Assembly: GCA_951406725.2 (NCBI GenBank)
Contig: OX597830.1
Location: forward strand, 1,240,001 to 1,304,000
Origin: Octopus vulgaris
Taxonomy: Eukaryota
Direction of reading: 5' to 3'
Length of the DNA stretch: 64,000 bases
The notes under the pieces were generated by a model that saw nothing but the letters and a program-made list of their open reading frames with translations, searched no databases and was not told the DNA's origin. Shown here in pieces: positions 34,153 to 48,307 of this stretch. The position numbers were made by a program, and so were the translations under genes. How positions within the stretch are numbered: position 1 is the stretch's first letter; every line of letters starts with the position of its first letter.

Positions 34153-37100
34153 CCACCGCCCAGATAGAGCGAAAGAAGAGTGAAGACCAAAGAGGTGCGA
34201 TGGCCGCAAGGAAGGAAAGGCACCCTGGAATTGATGGGAAGCAGGAGGTAAAGGGTGACAGAATCAAGGCTAAAGGAACGCTGTCCAGAGAAAGCAGAGG
34301 GACCCCAGCAAGAACTGTAAGGGCAGGGAAAGAAACACCTGCAAATTCTACCTGAGGGGGACTGCTGGTACGGCGTTGAAGGTGCAAACTGTCGCTTTGC
34401 ACATCGGAGGCCCTACCAAAACCGCACGGACGCGAGACAGAGGTCCCTCCCTCAGGGAGAACAAAAACAAAAACAAAAACAAAAAGTTAAAAGAAGGGAA
34501 AAAAGCGCAGTGACCACTACTGAAAGACGGTATGCAGATGTGGTGCGCGGAAACCCAACAGGTGGCCAGCTTCACCCAGATGTGAGAAGGGCGGCAGCTG
34601 AACAGCAGTCTTTTTTGTGAATGGCACACAAAATTGTTCAGCAGCTGACCTGGCTACAAGCACAAAGCTGGAACTACCACCACATAAGGCCACCTCCAAC
34701 AGATGCAGGATGGCCACCACAGACACCAACACCAACACACACACCACAAAAATATTTCTACTGAATGTAGGAGGGCTGCTGCGCGGAAACTGTAAAAAGA
34801 AAATTTCATTCCTGAGAGACCTTGCGACATGCAATCAAGCTATATGCATGGCACTCACAGAAACGCATCTTGAACCCGATATAGGTGATGCAGAAATACA
34901 CATGCCGCAATATGCAGTCATACGCACAGATAGAAAAGGTAGGAGCCATGGTGGAGTTGCAATGTACATCCGAGATGACCTCACGCCCCAGGTCCTGCTG
35001 TCATATTCAAACTCAGTATGTGAAACTCAAATTGTACACATAAGACAACTGAATATCGTCATATGCACTACATATCGCCCACCAGATGCCCCAAAACACT
35101 CAGGCATGTTTGAAGACTGCCTAACAAAAATAGGAGAAGTCCTCACCAACCTTGAACAGCACAACAGTGTATTCTTCATGGGTGACTTTAACCTCCCCAA
35201 TGTGGAATGGCCTGGGGGGCAGATGCTCCCAGGGATGACACACCATCAGCAGGCACAGGTGGAGTCCCTACTCCATCTCACAAATGCCTCTTTCATGGAG
35301 CAAATAGTTCTGCAACCAACAAGGGCAGATAATATACTGGATCTCTGCTTCACAAACAATATGGATATTATCCATAATGTTAATGTGATGCCGACAATGA
35401 TCTCGGATCACAACATAATAGAGCTGTCTATGTATGGAACAAAAGACCCCGCAGACACACAGCCTATACGAAGCACCCACCATCTCTCCAACTTAAACTT
35501 TCATAAAGCCAACTGGAAGTCGATTGAGAAAGAGATCCTCAAACAGGATTGGCCTGAATGTCTCTCCACACCGGACATAAACATGAAACACAAACACTTC
35601 ATGTCCATAATACAAGCCATATGTGACAAATATGTCCCAATGTGCAGGGCCAGCACACACAAGAACAAAAACAGGATCCCTAGAGAAAGGAGGATTCTTA
35701 TGAGACGACGGACAAGGATTGCAAACCGCCTGAGCAAGCATACCAAAAGTGGTGAGAAGTCTCGGCTCGAAAGAATGCTAATGGAAACTGAGAAAAGTCT
35801 ACATCAGTCCCATGAAAAGGAGAGAGCAGATAAAGAAGCTTGGGTAATAGAAAATATAAAATCAAACCCTAAAGCTTTCTTTAAGTTTGCCAAAGAGACA
35901 GCCACAGTGCACCAAAGAATAGGACCTCATTCCAAAAAGATGGCTCTCTCACAGGAAATCCCACGAGGATAAGTGAAATACTGAACGAACAGTTCCAAAG
36001 TGTGTTCACTACACCTCTAGGACACAGGCAAGTAAACAACCCAGAAGAATTCTTTGCCACTTTACCAGCGGCCAAAGAGACAAAAATTGAGTACATCAAC
36101 ATCGAAGATGATGATATCACACTAGCCATTGATGAGATTGACACAAACTCAGCTGCTGGACCTGATGGATTCCCAGCGATCCTTCTCAAATCGTGCAAAC
36201 GAGCCCTTGCAAAACCGCTACAGCTTCTTTTTCAAAGCTTTCTTGCAAGTGGTAAGCTTCCAGTCAAACTGAAAGAGGGGGTAATATGCCCTATCCATAA
36301 GGGAGGTAGCAGAGCAGATGCTAAAAATTATAGGCCTATCTCTCTGACCTCACACATCAAGTCATGGAACGAATAGTCCGTAGGAAACTAATCGTGTTCC
36401 TTGAGGAGAGTGACTTACTGTCTGACACCCAGCATGGATTTCGACCAGGTAGAGGCTGCCTAACACAGCTCCTGCAACACTATGACTGGGTGTTGAAACA
36501 GCTACTAAATGGCTCAAATGTGGATGTAATATATCTTGACTTTGCAAAAGCCTTTGATAAAGTCGACCATGGTATGATCTGTCACAAACTGCGTGGTCTC
36601 GGCATAGGCGGGAAACTTGGAGAGTGGCTGCACAACTTCCTAAAAGACAGAAAACAGGCAGTTGTGAGCAATGGAGCCACCTCCAAGGAAACGCAAATAA
36701 CAAGCGGTGTCCCACAGGGCACTGTCTTGGGGCCACTGATGTTCATAGTGGCCCTTTCAGACATGCCTTCAGTTGCTACGATGACCACCCTTGCTAGCTA
36801 TGCAGATGACACAAAAGTCTCCCACGCAATACAAAACCCTGAAAATATTGCGCATCTGCAACATGAGCTGGACACAATATACAGGTGGGCTGAGGACAAC
36901 AACATGCAGTTTAATGCAGGTAAGTTCCAGGCCCTGCGCTACTGGCACACAAAGGTAAATGACGTGAAGACTGGATACACTGGCCCAGGAAGAATTGCAA
37001 TCCCTGAGTCAAAATCAGTGCGTGACCTGGGCATTGACATGAGCAATGATGCATCTTTCCAAATGCATATTGCTAATCTGGTGATAAAATGCAGACGGCT

Positions 37101-37787
37101 AGCTGGATGGATTCTCCGAACTTTCAGAACAAGAGAGAAGGAGACACTGATGGTCCTATGGAAATCATTTGTCCTCAGCCGCTTGGACTACTGCTCCCAA
37201 CTTTGGTCACCACACAATATAAAACAAACAGCAGAACTCGAAGCAACTCAGAGAAGCTACACAAAGAAAATCGTCTCAATGCAAAATGTCAGCTACTGGG
37301 AAAGACTGAAGGTATTTTACCTCTTCTCCCTGGAGCGGAGGCGGGAGAGATATGCAGTGATATACATCTGGAAAATCCTGGAGGGTCTTGTCCCAAACTT
37401 TGGCATTCAAAGTTACTCCAACCGCAGAACGGGGCACCGCTGCGTGGTGCCAAGGATTCCAACATCACCATCAAAATACAGGTCCAGATACTGCAACAGC
37501 TTGGGTTTCAGAGGACCACAGCTCTTTAACATCCTCCCTAAATGCCTGAGAGACTTACATGGTGTGGATGTGGGTTTCTTTAAAACTAAACTGGATCTCT
37601 TCTTGTTGGGAGTCCCAGAGGAACCTACCTCACGACAGGAGACACGGATGCGGCAGCAGCATCGAACTCCCTTGTTGATCAAGTGCCACGTATCAGAGGT
37701 GGATTCACAAACTAGTGTAGTTCATTCAGCGGTGGTGCCCCAGCATGGCCGCGGCCTTCGGGCTAAAACATTTTTAAGGATTTAAGG

Positions 37788-37790
<3 letters not shown>
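34153..37790 (+). mobile_element. LINE family D, begins within ORF1 (frameshifted CCCH at ~34338-34405), ORF2 with two frameshifts
   Basis: ORFs 34617-35972, 36002-36376, 36364-37785; 3' GGCC(TTCG)GGCT; (TTTAAGGA)n tail. Confidence 0.95.
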
Positions 37791-37848
<58 letters not shown>

Positions 37849-38769
37849 CATATATATATTTATATATTTATATCAAAAGGATGTGTTATACTACTACTCC
37901 ACAACTATACCAAAAATCCAACATGCCTCCATCATCAGCTGACCCACGGATATCGTTATGGTTTCGACACCTGGGCAATATCATTCAATCCGGCGGTGTC
38001 ACCTGCACTAAAATAGGTGTTGTATTTGGGAACAAGCAAACCAAATGAACCACTACTATTTGAAACACATTTGCCAATTTACAACCGTATTGATCGATAA
38101 ATTCCATCAGTAAATTCCAACCACTCCTAAATACTTAACTAAAGAGTGACAACTATGAATTCATACAAAATTATAATCCCTACCGTCTCCCGTAGTGTAA
38201 AAGAAAAAGCTTAATTTCAATCAATCATTTTATAGACAGGATTAAACACTAACCTTTTTAAAGCTACAACAACAGACACATAAACCAACGCACATTGTAT
38301 CGGTATTAGTAGTAAACTGCAATAACTAAATTACAATCAATCTTTAAGACCATATAAATAATAATCCTACTAGTCTTCCATAGATAATACTATAATGAAA
38401 TTTCGAGCCTTATAAAATTTTTAAAAACCAAACGCGATTGAAATTAATTCAAACTCGTATTTTTATCAGTGAAATACATTATTTCTTCATTCAAAAGTTA
38501 ATAATAAAACACTACATACTCAATATATCACCACTACGAGTTCTAATATTTAATTACCAGTGACTAATATATACTTAAATTTCATAAATAGGAACTAAAA
38601 AAGTACTTGTAATAAACTAATATTATAAACCTGGCTACGTTTAATGCTAATTAAGCTGTTTAAAAGACAGTAAAACCGCTTGTAAGACAATAAAACTACA
38701 AGTATTAAGACTTACATTTTTAATCAGACACGCAGTTCCCAATCATTCATCAACACCTGTGTGCTATCG

Positions 38770-39340
38770 GGAGAGACACTGGCACCCCAGGCTAAAGAAG
38801 ATCTTCATCCGCATAAGGTGTTGTTATCTGTTTGGTGGGATATGAACTTCTAAACCCAAACCAAACGATAACAAAGGACATCTACCGCGAGCAACGTGAG
38901 CAGCTTAAGCCAGGGCTAAAAGAAACACGACCATCTTTGGTTTCAAGACGAAAGTTGTTCTTCCATCAGGATAATGCTAGGCCACATACAGCGAGGATGA
39001 CATTCCAAAGACTGGAGCAGTGCGAATGGGAAACGATGCCCCACCTACCATATTTGCCAGACATTCCCCCATCTGATTATCATTTATTCCGCAACCTTCA
39101 AAATCATTTGGACGGAAAAAAATATCAATTCCGTAAACGCGGTCGGAACAGTATTGGAGGAGTATTTTTCGTCACGGACGAGTGAATTCTGGGAGTGGGG
39201 CGGGGCTTCCAATTCTCCCAGATAGATCGAGGAGTATTGTAGAAAATGAAGTGGGATATATTTTAGATTAAAAATCTTTGTATATCTTAATTTTGTAGAA
39301 TAAAAGTATTTAAAAATCGCAGTTATGGGATGACCCAATA
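38770..39340 (+). mobile_element. Mariner transposon 3' fragment (degenerate transposase and probable TIR)
   Basis: DLHPHKVLLSVWWD, HQDNARPHTA, HLPYLPDIPPSDYHLF (cf. YSPDLAPSDY); terminus ..TATGGGATGACCCAATA|TA. Confidence 0.88.
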
Positions 39341-39634
<294 letters not shown>

Positions 39635-40395
39635 TCAGAATATGATATCACACGAATCTGATGAACAGACTGTAAAATATATTCACGAAAAGTCGCACAC
39701 TCGGACATGGGAAATGTTGCCACTGTTAAATTAGTTCGGCGCGGGACTCCTCCTTCTTGATGACATTCGTTATAACAAAGTGGGCTATGAATGACGTCAA
39801 AGCATCCTAGGACGCATGCGTTTGTGCTAGCTTCCGCTTCGTCTTATGCGTTCTCATGTGGTTATGAAAAACAGATTTGGCATTCTTAGCTAACAATTCT
39901 AAAATTGTGAACCTGCGATACCTGAAAGTTTTATTAGTAAATACCAATAGAATTGTACTTATCTCGAATTGTACTTGTCTGTACAAATAAAAGGTTGACC
40001 TCAACAAGAGAAAGCTATATGTTGCACTAGTTAGACTGGAAAATAACTAGAGAAGTCTGCTTGATGTTATGATAGGAAGTGTAGATCCAATTTCCACTCA
40101 TTGAATGCAACTTCATTTCATATATTTGGATAAAAAATGCATCCCGTTTATTCTACGGTTGGAATGTTTTAAGTATGGTATGAATAAACTGGAATGTCCT
40201 AAAATTAGATGTTGGTGCAGTCATATTTGTGAGTTTACGAGTCCGTTTCGTAATCGCATGATTACAGCTATGGTCCCGAATTAATTTCTCACTCACAAAA
40301 TGTATGGAAACTCGCCGCATATTATGGATACGTGAGAGTATTTATGTTTTTTTCGTATTTTGCCATCCATTACTGATTTGTTAATATTGCTGTCA

Positions 40396-40545
40396 CTTAG
40401 TGGTTCAGTAAAACGGCACCAACAGAAAAATTACCATGTTCAAAACAAGTATTAGTCTCAATTTGATTGACTATGTCCTTTGGCACTGTGCCCCAGCTGT
40501 GTCGCAATTCGGTGACTGAATCAAGCAATAGCATAAACGAATACA
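40396..40545 (+). mobile_element. Possible old SINE 3' end related to the LINE 3' motif
   Basis: GTGCCCCAGC..CGCA..TGACTGAA at 40488-40520, degenerate. Confidence 0.35.
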
Positions 40546-42989
40546 AGTAATTGGTTTGGTGATAATGTTTGGTTAGTTATGGCATTGCAGAGCAAATTCC
40601 TGTCGATATTGTTTAGTCTACAATGTTACTTCGATATCTTTAGAGGTAATTGTCAATTTTATCGATATATCAAACAAGGTTTTGACGGCAACAAATATGA
40701 AAGCACTATGGAGACAAATAAAATTTATCCGAAAATTGAGTAACAACCATGATACAATTATATATGGCCTAGCTGATAAGACAACCGATTCCAATATTTG
40801 TTATTCTTATAAATATTAGAACAAGCAATCAGGATTTACTTTTATTGTTCGCCAGGAATGTAATAAAATATGTTACTGTTAATGATTCAAGCGTCAAGAG
40901 GTTATATCAAAAAAGAAAAAAAAGGAAAAAAATCTAAAGAAAACTGTTTGTTAAGTAGGGTGGTGATTTTACGAAACATGGCATATTTCAATACTAAGAC
41001 AATGGCTTCTTTTAACAACTGAACGTGATTTTACATTCTGTTTAGTTTATCTCTACAGACACAAGTGTAGCCGAGATACTTAACATCCTGAACCAATATG
41101 CAGCTATAATATGCCTGCGTCAGATAAATTTGATATCCTCAATATGGAATGGATGTTTTGCGCTTAATTTAGCAGTTTAAAAATAATGTTCACTATATTT
41201 ACTAGAGGCTTATATCCACGGGGAATGACTATCTTCTCTTAGTAGAAGCAGAAGCAAATTTATCTGGCTATTTCTATTTGAGTGCCCCTCTTTAGAGCAG
41301 ACAGCGTTAACAATTACCATCAATTTAAAAATGATCAACGCCAAAGGAACTCCACAAAGCTCACCTGCAAAAATAACATTGCGACAGCATGCAGAGAGAT
41401 AAGTAACTAGCTTTTAGAATTATTTTGCAAATAAGCATTTAGTCACAGATTTAGAACCATTCTTGATATCATCTATTGTCTCAGATTTGTATAAGCAAGA
41501 ATCCAAAGTAGCGACCTTTTCATAACACAGGAATTTTAAACGCCACCCGTAAACAAATAGATGTTCTTTCATTCTTTTGTTGTGGCAACACAGTTATCGT
41601 GTGCTTTGTCATTGCCATAAAACCGATAAAGAATGATAAAGACATAGAGAATGAGAAAGACAAAAGTTGGTCTCTTTCTGCATGATTTCCAACGATGTAG
41701 GTTTAGTTCTTTTGTCAGAAAATAGGCGAGATGCCAATAACGTATGAAAGTCAATTAATAAAATCTGACAAATGCCGTGATTATTGTGTGTTCCCGTTAC
41801 ACATATTTCACTAATGTTGATGATTTTATCTATGAATGTTATAAATATTATATATTATAAGCTAGACTATTGTCTCACATTTTCAATGAAAGCTTAAAAG
41901 GAATTATGCAGTTTTAATAAGCTATCAGCTATGTTATAAAATAATTGAAAGGAGGTCATTGCTAAGTGAATACTGAGGTCTAAATTTGAAATCAGTTTAG
42001 AGGTTTCAACTTTTGACCCCCGATAAACAGGCCATTTGGAATGTGATTCACATTTGAAGTTTTCTATTTCTAACCGAAAGCGAGTTGGGATGAGATGGCA
42101 GACAATTCTCTATTATCAAGTCTTCATCTTTTAGCTAAATCATTGATTTAATCTCGTTGCTCTATTTTCCACTCACGCTTAATACATACCTCGTTAAATG
42201 CATGCGTGTACTCATATATACATATGTTCTAATATACATGCACGCATATATACACATTCAATAAATGAAGGTTTGAAGAAGAATGTCGCCACTTTTGACA
42301 GAGATTTGGCGGAAGAGAATCAGACACATTTGCTAGTGTCTCTTTAACTGGTGATGTTGATGATTTCTTGAATGTTTTGCCTTAAGTTTATGCGGTCTTA
42401 CAACCAATCACATGGATCTTAGTAATTTACATATGACGAACAACCGGACACATTTTATCAATTCTTATATTGCGTGATCTGCACAGGAAGGGCAATTATT
42501 GCTCGAAGTATCGATAGAAATCACAAATCGTACTTTGCTGAAGCATGAGGCAATAAAGACACCGAGTTTTATCTTCTTAAAATGGCGATTTGAGGTTTGA
42601 ATCTTTGCCAGAGAAGCGACTAAACTGATGACATGGAAGATACAAGAGCTGGTGTTGCAACCGGTTGTGGATTAAGATTACCACTGAAATAACTGGAGTA
42701 CATAGTTATAGGGAATTGGATTCACCGCATTATTAAGTGTCGTCAGATGTGAATATATAGATACGGGGCCAGTGATCCGTGCAATTCTTATCTTTCATAT
42801 TTATTAACAAAATGATGTAATGAATCAGAGACATATTTGTATTTTGATTATACAGTTTTAATAAATATATTCTGAAATGTCAGGGAATATGAAGCATGAG
42901 TTTGCTCGGAAGAGTGTGGCGATGTGCATGGAATGAATGTGTGTATTTATACGAACGCACGCATGCGCACACACACATCATTGGATTGC

Positions 42990-43188
42990 TGTAGCATCCA
43001 GACTATCAGATGTCTCTGTTTCTGTACTCAACTGTGTCCTCGCATTTTTGTAACTTTCAAATATACACCACCACGGCTGGCTCGGGGACAGGCCAGCATT
43101 CTTCCTAAATAAAACCTCTGTCTGTTGAACGCTGGAATCTTGCATCGTGAGAGCAGCATGAGAGCAACAATCTAACCACTAAGCCGTA
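42990..43188 (-). mobile_element. Degenerate tRNA-derived SINE
   Basis: CTAACCACTAAGCC is the reverse complement of A box GGCTTAGTGGTTAG; boundaries approximate. Confidence 0.45.
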
Positions 43189-44679
43189 CATATATACGCA
43201 TTCTCTCTCCCTCTCACTCCATACATACATGTATTTACATTTCTCTGCGTATATACATACATATACACCATTACAGAACAAGCTAGCAGTGTTTATTAAT
43301 CCACACAAAGATTTTAGCAGCCTGTCCATTGCTAGGTCCTATCATAAACACATCAGGCGTTTGTGACTGTCTTCGTGCATCAAGTAATTTTTTTATTGTA
43401 TTTACTGTATTTATGAACGTAGTGATGGCTAAAATCTTATCTTTCCGTATCACTCATTAATAAATCACCGTATTACTGCTTCGCCGAGAATACTCGACGT
43501 TTTCATAAATATTTCAATGTGATAGATTCTGTTCATCGACAAAAAAGTAATTCTAAACACTTCTAAAGAGTGTTTATACTTGCATGTAACGATTTAGATT
43601 TGTAAGGATTTATCAGGATTTGGATCAAATAAGATTTAGAATTAATGTGGATATTAATATTTTAATTACCATTGATATTGCTTTTGTGCTATACTTTAGG
43701 ATTCATGTACAAAAGAAATGCTATCAAAGACGTTCCTGGGGTGACAAACACACCCTGTTTTCCTACACACAAAGCTAAGTCATATTCTGGTATGAAATTT
43801 GGAGTGTAGGATATGATGTGAGAGAAATTTTACCATTATTTCTCTTAGAGCAATCCACAGCTCTCAAGGCGTCCATTGGCGCATTACATAACCACTTATG
43901 TTCTTAGCAGCCGAGTTGAAATCTGAAAGCTATCCGTTTGATAAACAAATGTAAATATGTTAAATGCAGAATATCTCAGCGCCTATCAAGAGCAATAGGC
44001 AACATATCAAAATAAAACAAAATGCTTATCGATATTTGATATCATAGATATATGATAACAAAATATATCTTGTTTACAGATATATGATATCGAAATAGAG
44101 CACAATATTCATAAACATTTGATATCAAAGATATGTTATAACAAAATCTAACACAATGTTCAATTATACGTGATATCAGGGATATATGATTGGAAAATAT
44201 TACAATATTCTCATATATATGACAGTAACAAATACATCAAAGCTACGTTGATATCAACATATAGGAGAGTGTTCATAGATAGATGATGTTAATATGCGTG
44301 ATGAAATGTACTACAATATTTACAGGTGATTTATAAAATAAGAGACATCAGAATACGGAATATTGTTCAATTATATGATATTAAACATATGTAATATAAA
44401 AATGTCATTGTTTTATACAGGCTTGTATAGCCCTCACCGTCTTGACAGACGGTCAAATCATTAGGGTCTTGTAGCCATGTTCCTACAACTTTTCTCATGG
44501 TCGATCCTTCCTACGTTAAATGGCCAAATTCTGCCGTAAAAACTGCAAGCAGAGAAGGTGCTGCAAGGCTGCGGTCTGCTATCTTTCTTTTTTTTTTTGT
44601 GTTTCGCATCGAAGGCCTTTGCCCCCTGAGGTTCTCCATGCTGTTTTGTCTTCATCTACTATTTCCGAAGTCTTAGCAT

Positions 44680-45730
44680 CCATGTGAGACTTGGTCAGCT
44701 GACACTCACATGTATTCATGAAGCTCAGTTTTGTTGTCCTCTGGATCTACTACCATCAGCCAACTCGCATATAACAACTGCACTCCAGTTCCGTTGTCAT
44801 CCAGCCGTTTCAAATTTCCGATCCATCTTTTGCACAGAATTGTTGTCATGCTCGAAAGAGCTGCCTTTTTCAAGATCTCTATGTTGGTTACTTTGTCTTG
44901 GAAGGTGATGCCAAGGATCCTGCGCAAGCATCACAGATGATAGACATTGAGCTACTTCTCTTGTCCTGTGACCCATTGAGGAGGGTGCTCAGTATGCATG
45001 CTTCACAAATACTAATTTTGGTTTTCACTGTGAGCATCTTGTTATTCCATGCTCTCTTGCTGAGTTTATCGAAGGTTGCAGGAGATTTTCCAACCTGATA
45101 TATATATTTCTTCGTTCTGGGAAGTTGTCGAAGTCATTGTGGACCCGAAATAGCAGATATCCTTTACAACTTCCAAAGGCTTGTCCAGCATGATGTTATC
45201 TTGAGTGGTGCCATCTTGTGACAGAATGACGGTCTTCTGGGCGCTGATTACAAGAGGAAATGCTTCGTAGGCTTCTAAAAGCTGCTCCATCATTGGCAGT
45301 AGAGTCGACTCACTGTGAGCAACAAATGCTGCGACATCTGCAAAGAGGAAGACTCTGTTGAAGGTTGACTTCGACTTGAGTTTTACTCCGGGGTGTGCAA
45401 TATTGAAAAAGCCCCTATCATTTCTTCAGTGAAGGTAGACACCTGCAGCAGTCAAAGAGAAAATATCCATTATTGAGCGCTCAATCTGAAGCTGCATTAA
45501 CTTTCTGAAAGAACTCTCTCCGCTAAATTCTTCAGCTGCTTCAACAGTATTTGGGCAAATACTTTTTCCTGTAATACTCAACAATGAAATGCCTCTCTAG
45601 TTGTTACAATCTCTCTCGTCTCCCTTGTTCTTATACAGGGTCACTATGTTGGCATCATTCATATCTTGTGGGACTTCGCCATGCTTGCAACAGGGAGTTA
45701 AGAGATTGACGATGTTCTTGTTCTCTTTCA
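44680..45730 (-). mobile_element. RTE-clade LINE fragment (old, degraded)
   Basis: TLYKNKG..DCNN*RGISLLS, FLFADVAA, RRILGITFQDKVTN. Confidence 0.85.
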
Positions 45731-46177
45731 TAGACGTCAAATAGATGTCAAATATAGACAGTACCAAGAATAAATGATATCAAAATACACTACCAAGATA
45801 CATGATATGTAATATTATGTATATGTGATATCAACATATATTATCTATTGGCGCGTAATAATCTAGATACATGATGAAATATACAACAGCAACAACGAAC
45901 TCATCACTACAGATGATGGTTATTGTAATGCTAACAGCAATGCAGACAGCACTGGTAGATGTTCTGAGATAGATTTCTCGTTAGTAAATAAATAAAAATT
46001 GGAATATATATCATTAACAAATATATATGTCTACGTCATCAATTGTATTGTAAAAAGATTCTTTGAATAAAAAATAATTATTGATATTGTCATTACTTCT
46101 GTACTACTAATTTGTGTAAAGCTAAATGGATACACACACACAAACACACACACACACACACATGTATGAATGCACAT

Positions 46178-46245
<68 letters not shown>

Positions 46246-46382
46246 TTCAGCAAAATTTAGATTCAGATGAATATAGTACTTAAGTTAGATGAACCAGAAC
46301 TTAGTATGGTGTTATCCATATAAATCCATGGGGTGATTGGTGATTATAATCAAAATAAGCAACAAGAATATCTCCGGTAATT

Positions 46383-46466
46383 TGGTACGATCGTTTCACG
46401 CTACATCATTTTATTAAATATTGTAAATATTACAACAGTTTTAAAATGTTGAGCAATCATCAGCCA
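46383..46466 (-). ncRNA. Type I hammerhead ribozyme motif
   Basis: TGG-CTGATGA-long stem II-GAAAC-GATC-GTA-CCA. Confidence 0.7.
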
Positions 46467-47220
46467 TTTATAGAGGTTTCCCATTAATACATAATTTTCA
46501 TATAAATTCATAACATTATAGAGAAGGTAGATATATAGACAAAGATGTTGATTTGAATTTTAAGAACATTGATGTAGTAGAGCTTATCTTATGACTGAAG
46601 AGTTCTTTAAGTTATTTTGAACTGCTAGAAGGTTGCGAGGCACATTCAGTTGAAGGAGACAAAAGGGGCTTTCTATTTATAGAAATGGGCTTAAGTAAAT
46701 GTCAGAAATTATTCATTAAGAAATAAAGGTGGAGAGGGAGTTATAATGACCTAGGAGTTATTTACTACTATTTGGCAAACAGATCTTGTATCAAGAAAAC
46801 TAGGTCAATGTCAAATGGTTATAATAACCACCTATATTCGCAAGAAAAAAGTTAAAGAGAATTACAGAGATTCCTATACACCCACACACATCAGCTCCAC
46901 ATTTATTTAATAGATGTTGATTATATTGATACGTTGGATTAAAGTAGAAATTATAAATCTAATATTTATTCATTTTGCAGAAAAGTCTATCATTTAATGT
47001 GAGTAGGCATATTACTTAATAACTGAGAAGAAGAGTCTTATAAATAAAGCGAATGCATTAGGGGTTAAATATATTAGAAAAAAATATTAAACAGGGGGAA
47101 AAGAAAAATATAGCGATTATCGCCCTTATACCGGAAGAAATCGCTTATTACCTCCCCCTGCCTGGACCTCTTCTTTGCACTGCATAACAAAGGCATGACA
47201 CAATGTAGGTAAAGACATTT

Positions 47221-47259
47221 GAGAAATTTGAAAAGTTAACACGAAACCGGTAATTTCTC
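47221..47259 (+). ncRNA. Minimal type I hammerhead, U3:A8 variant
   Basis: GAGAAAT-TTGAAAA-GT(TAAC)AC-GAAA-CCGG-TA-ATTTCTC; 7-bp stem I. Confidence 0.65.
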
Positions 47260-48053
47260 CAAAAACTATGTTACTATGTGCAAAATTTTCTAATATTTTT
47301 CTAACATAACGACTTAAATATATTCTTTAACCTTATAAAACAAGCCTTCTGTAGTTTTTTTCACTCTTTTCTATTTTCTATGTAAATATATATATTAATA
47401 AAATTTAGGGTACCAAAAAGTCCTAGAAAAATTCTCCGCTACCAGCGGTCAAGTGGGAAAGGAAATATAGTCAATAGACTATGTTATATACATTCAAACA
47501 TATAAGGGATGGCCATTATAGGACATCCGACTCACTAGAATGAGCAGCTAAACTCCAAACCACTGATAAATAAAAAAAGTTTACCCTCTCCTTTCTGAAG
47601 TATATATATATAAATCAATATATATATATAAATAAATAAATATATATATAAATAAATAAATAAATATATATATAAATAAATAAATAAATATATATATAAA
47701 TAAATAAATATATATATAAATAAATAAATAAATATATATATAAATAAATAAATATATAAATAAATAAATAAATAAATATATATATATATAAATAAATAAA
47801 TATATATATAAATAAATATATATATATATATATATAAAATAAATATATATATATAAATAAATATATATATATATATAAATAAATAAATATATATATATAT
47901 ATATAAATAAATATATATATATATAAATAAATATATATATATATATAAATAAATAAATATATATATATATATAAATATATAGGAATCAGTGATAAAGTAG
48001 ATAAAAGAATAAATAGAATAATAGAGTTTAGGTAAATAAGGAGACTCTCACTT

Positions 48054-48096
<43 letters not shown>

Positions 48097-48266
48097 TACA
48101 TACACATACACACATACATCCATATACACATGTACATATGCACCCATTTACATACATCTACGTACACACCCATACACATACTCATACATACACACATATA
48201 TCTACACACATATGTATAAAAATAAATAAATATAAAAGAGGATATACACCCCCATACACACACGCT

Positions 48267-48307
<41 letters not shown>

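Larger units (their letters stand above)
46243..47600. mobile_element. Composite of hammerhead-bearing (Penelope-like) fragments between TA arrays
   Basis: Hammerheads at 46383-46466(-) and 47221-47259(+); terminal region homologous to 50193-50345. Confidence 0.65.

Noticed and set aside
39655-39705. CTGATGA...GAAA hammerhead
   Set aside because: No supporting stems
39700-44400. Host gene exons
   Set aside because: No convincing ORF or protein motif; small exons cannot be excluded without RNA-seq
43990-44400. Structured element with recurring GATAT motifs
   Set aside because: Looks like decayed low-complexity repeat; no definable unit
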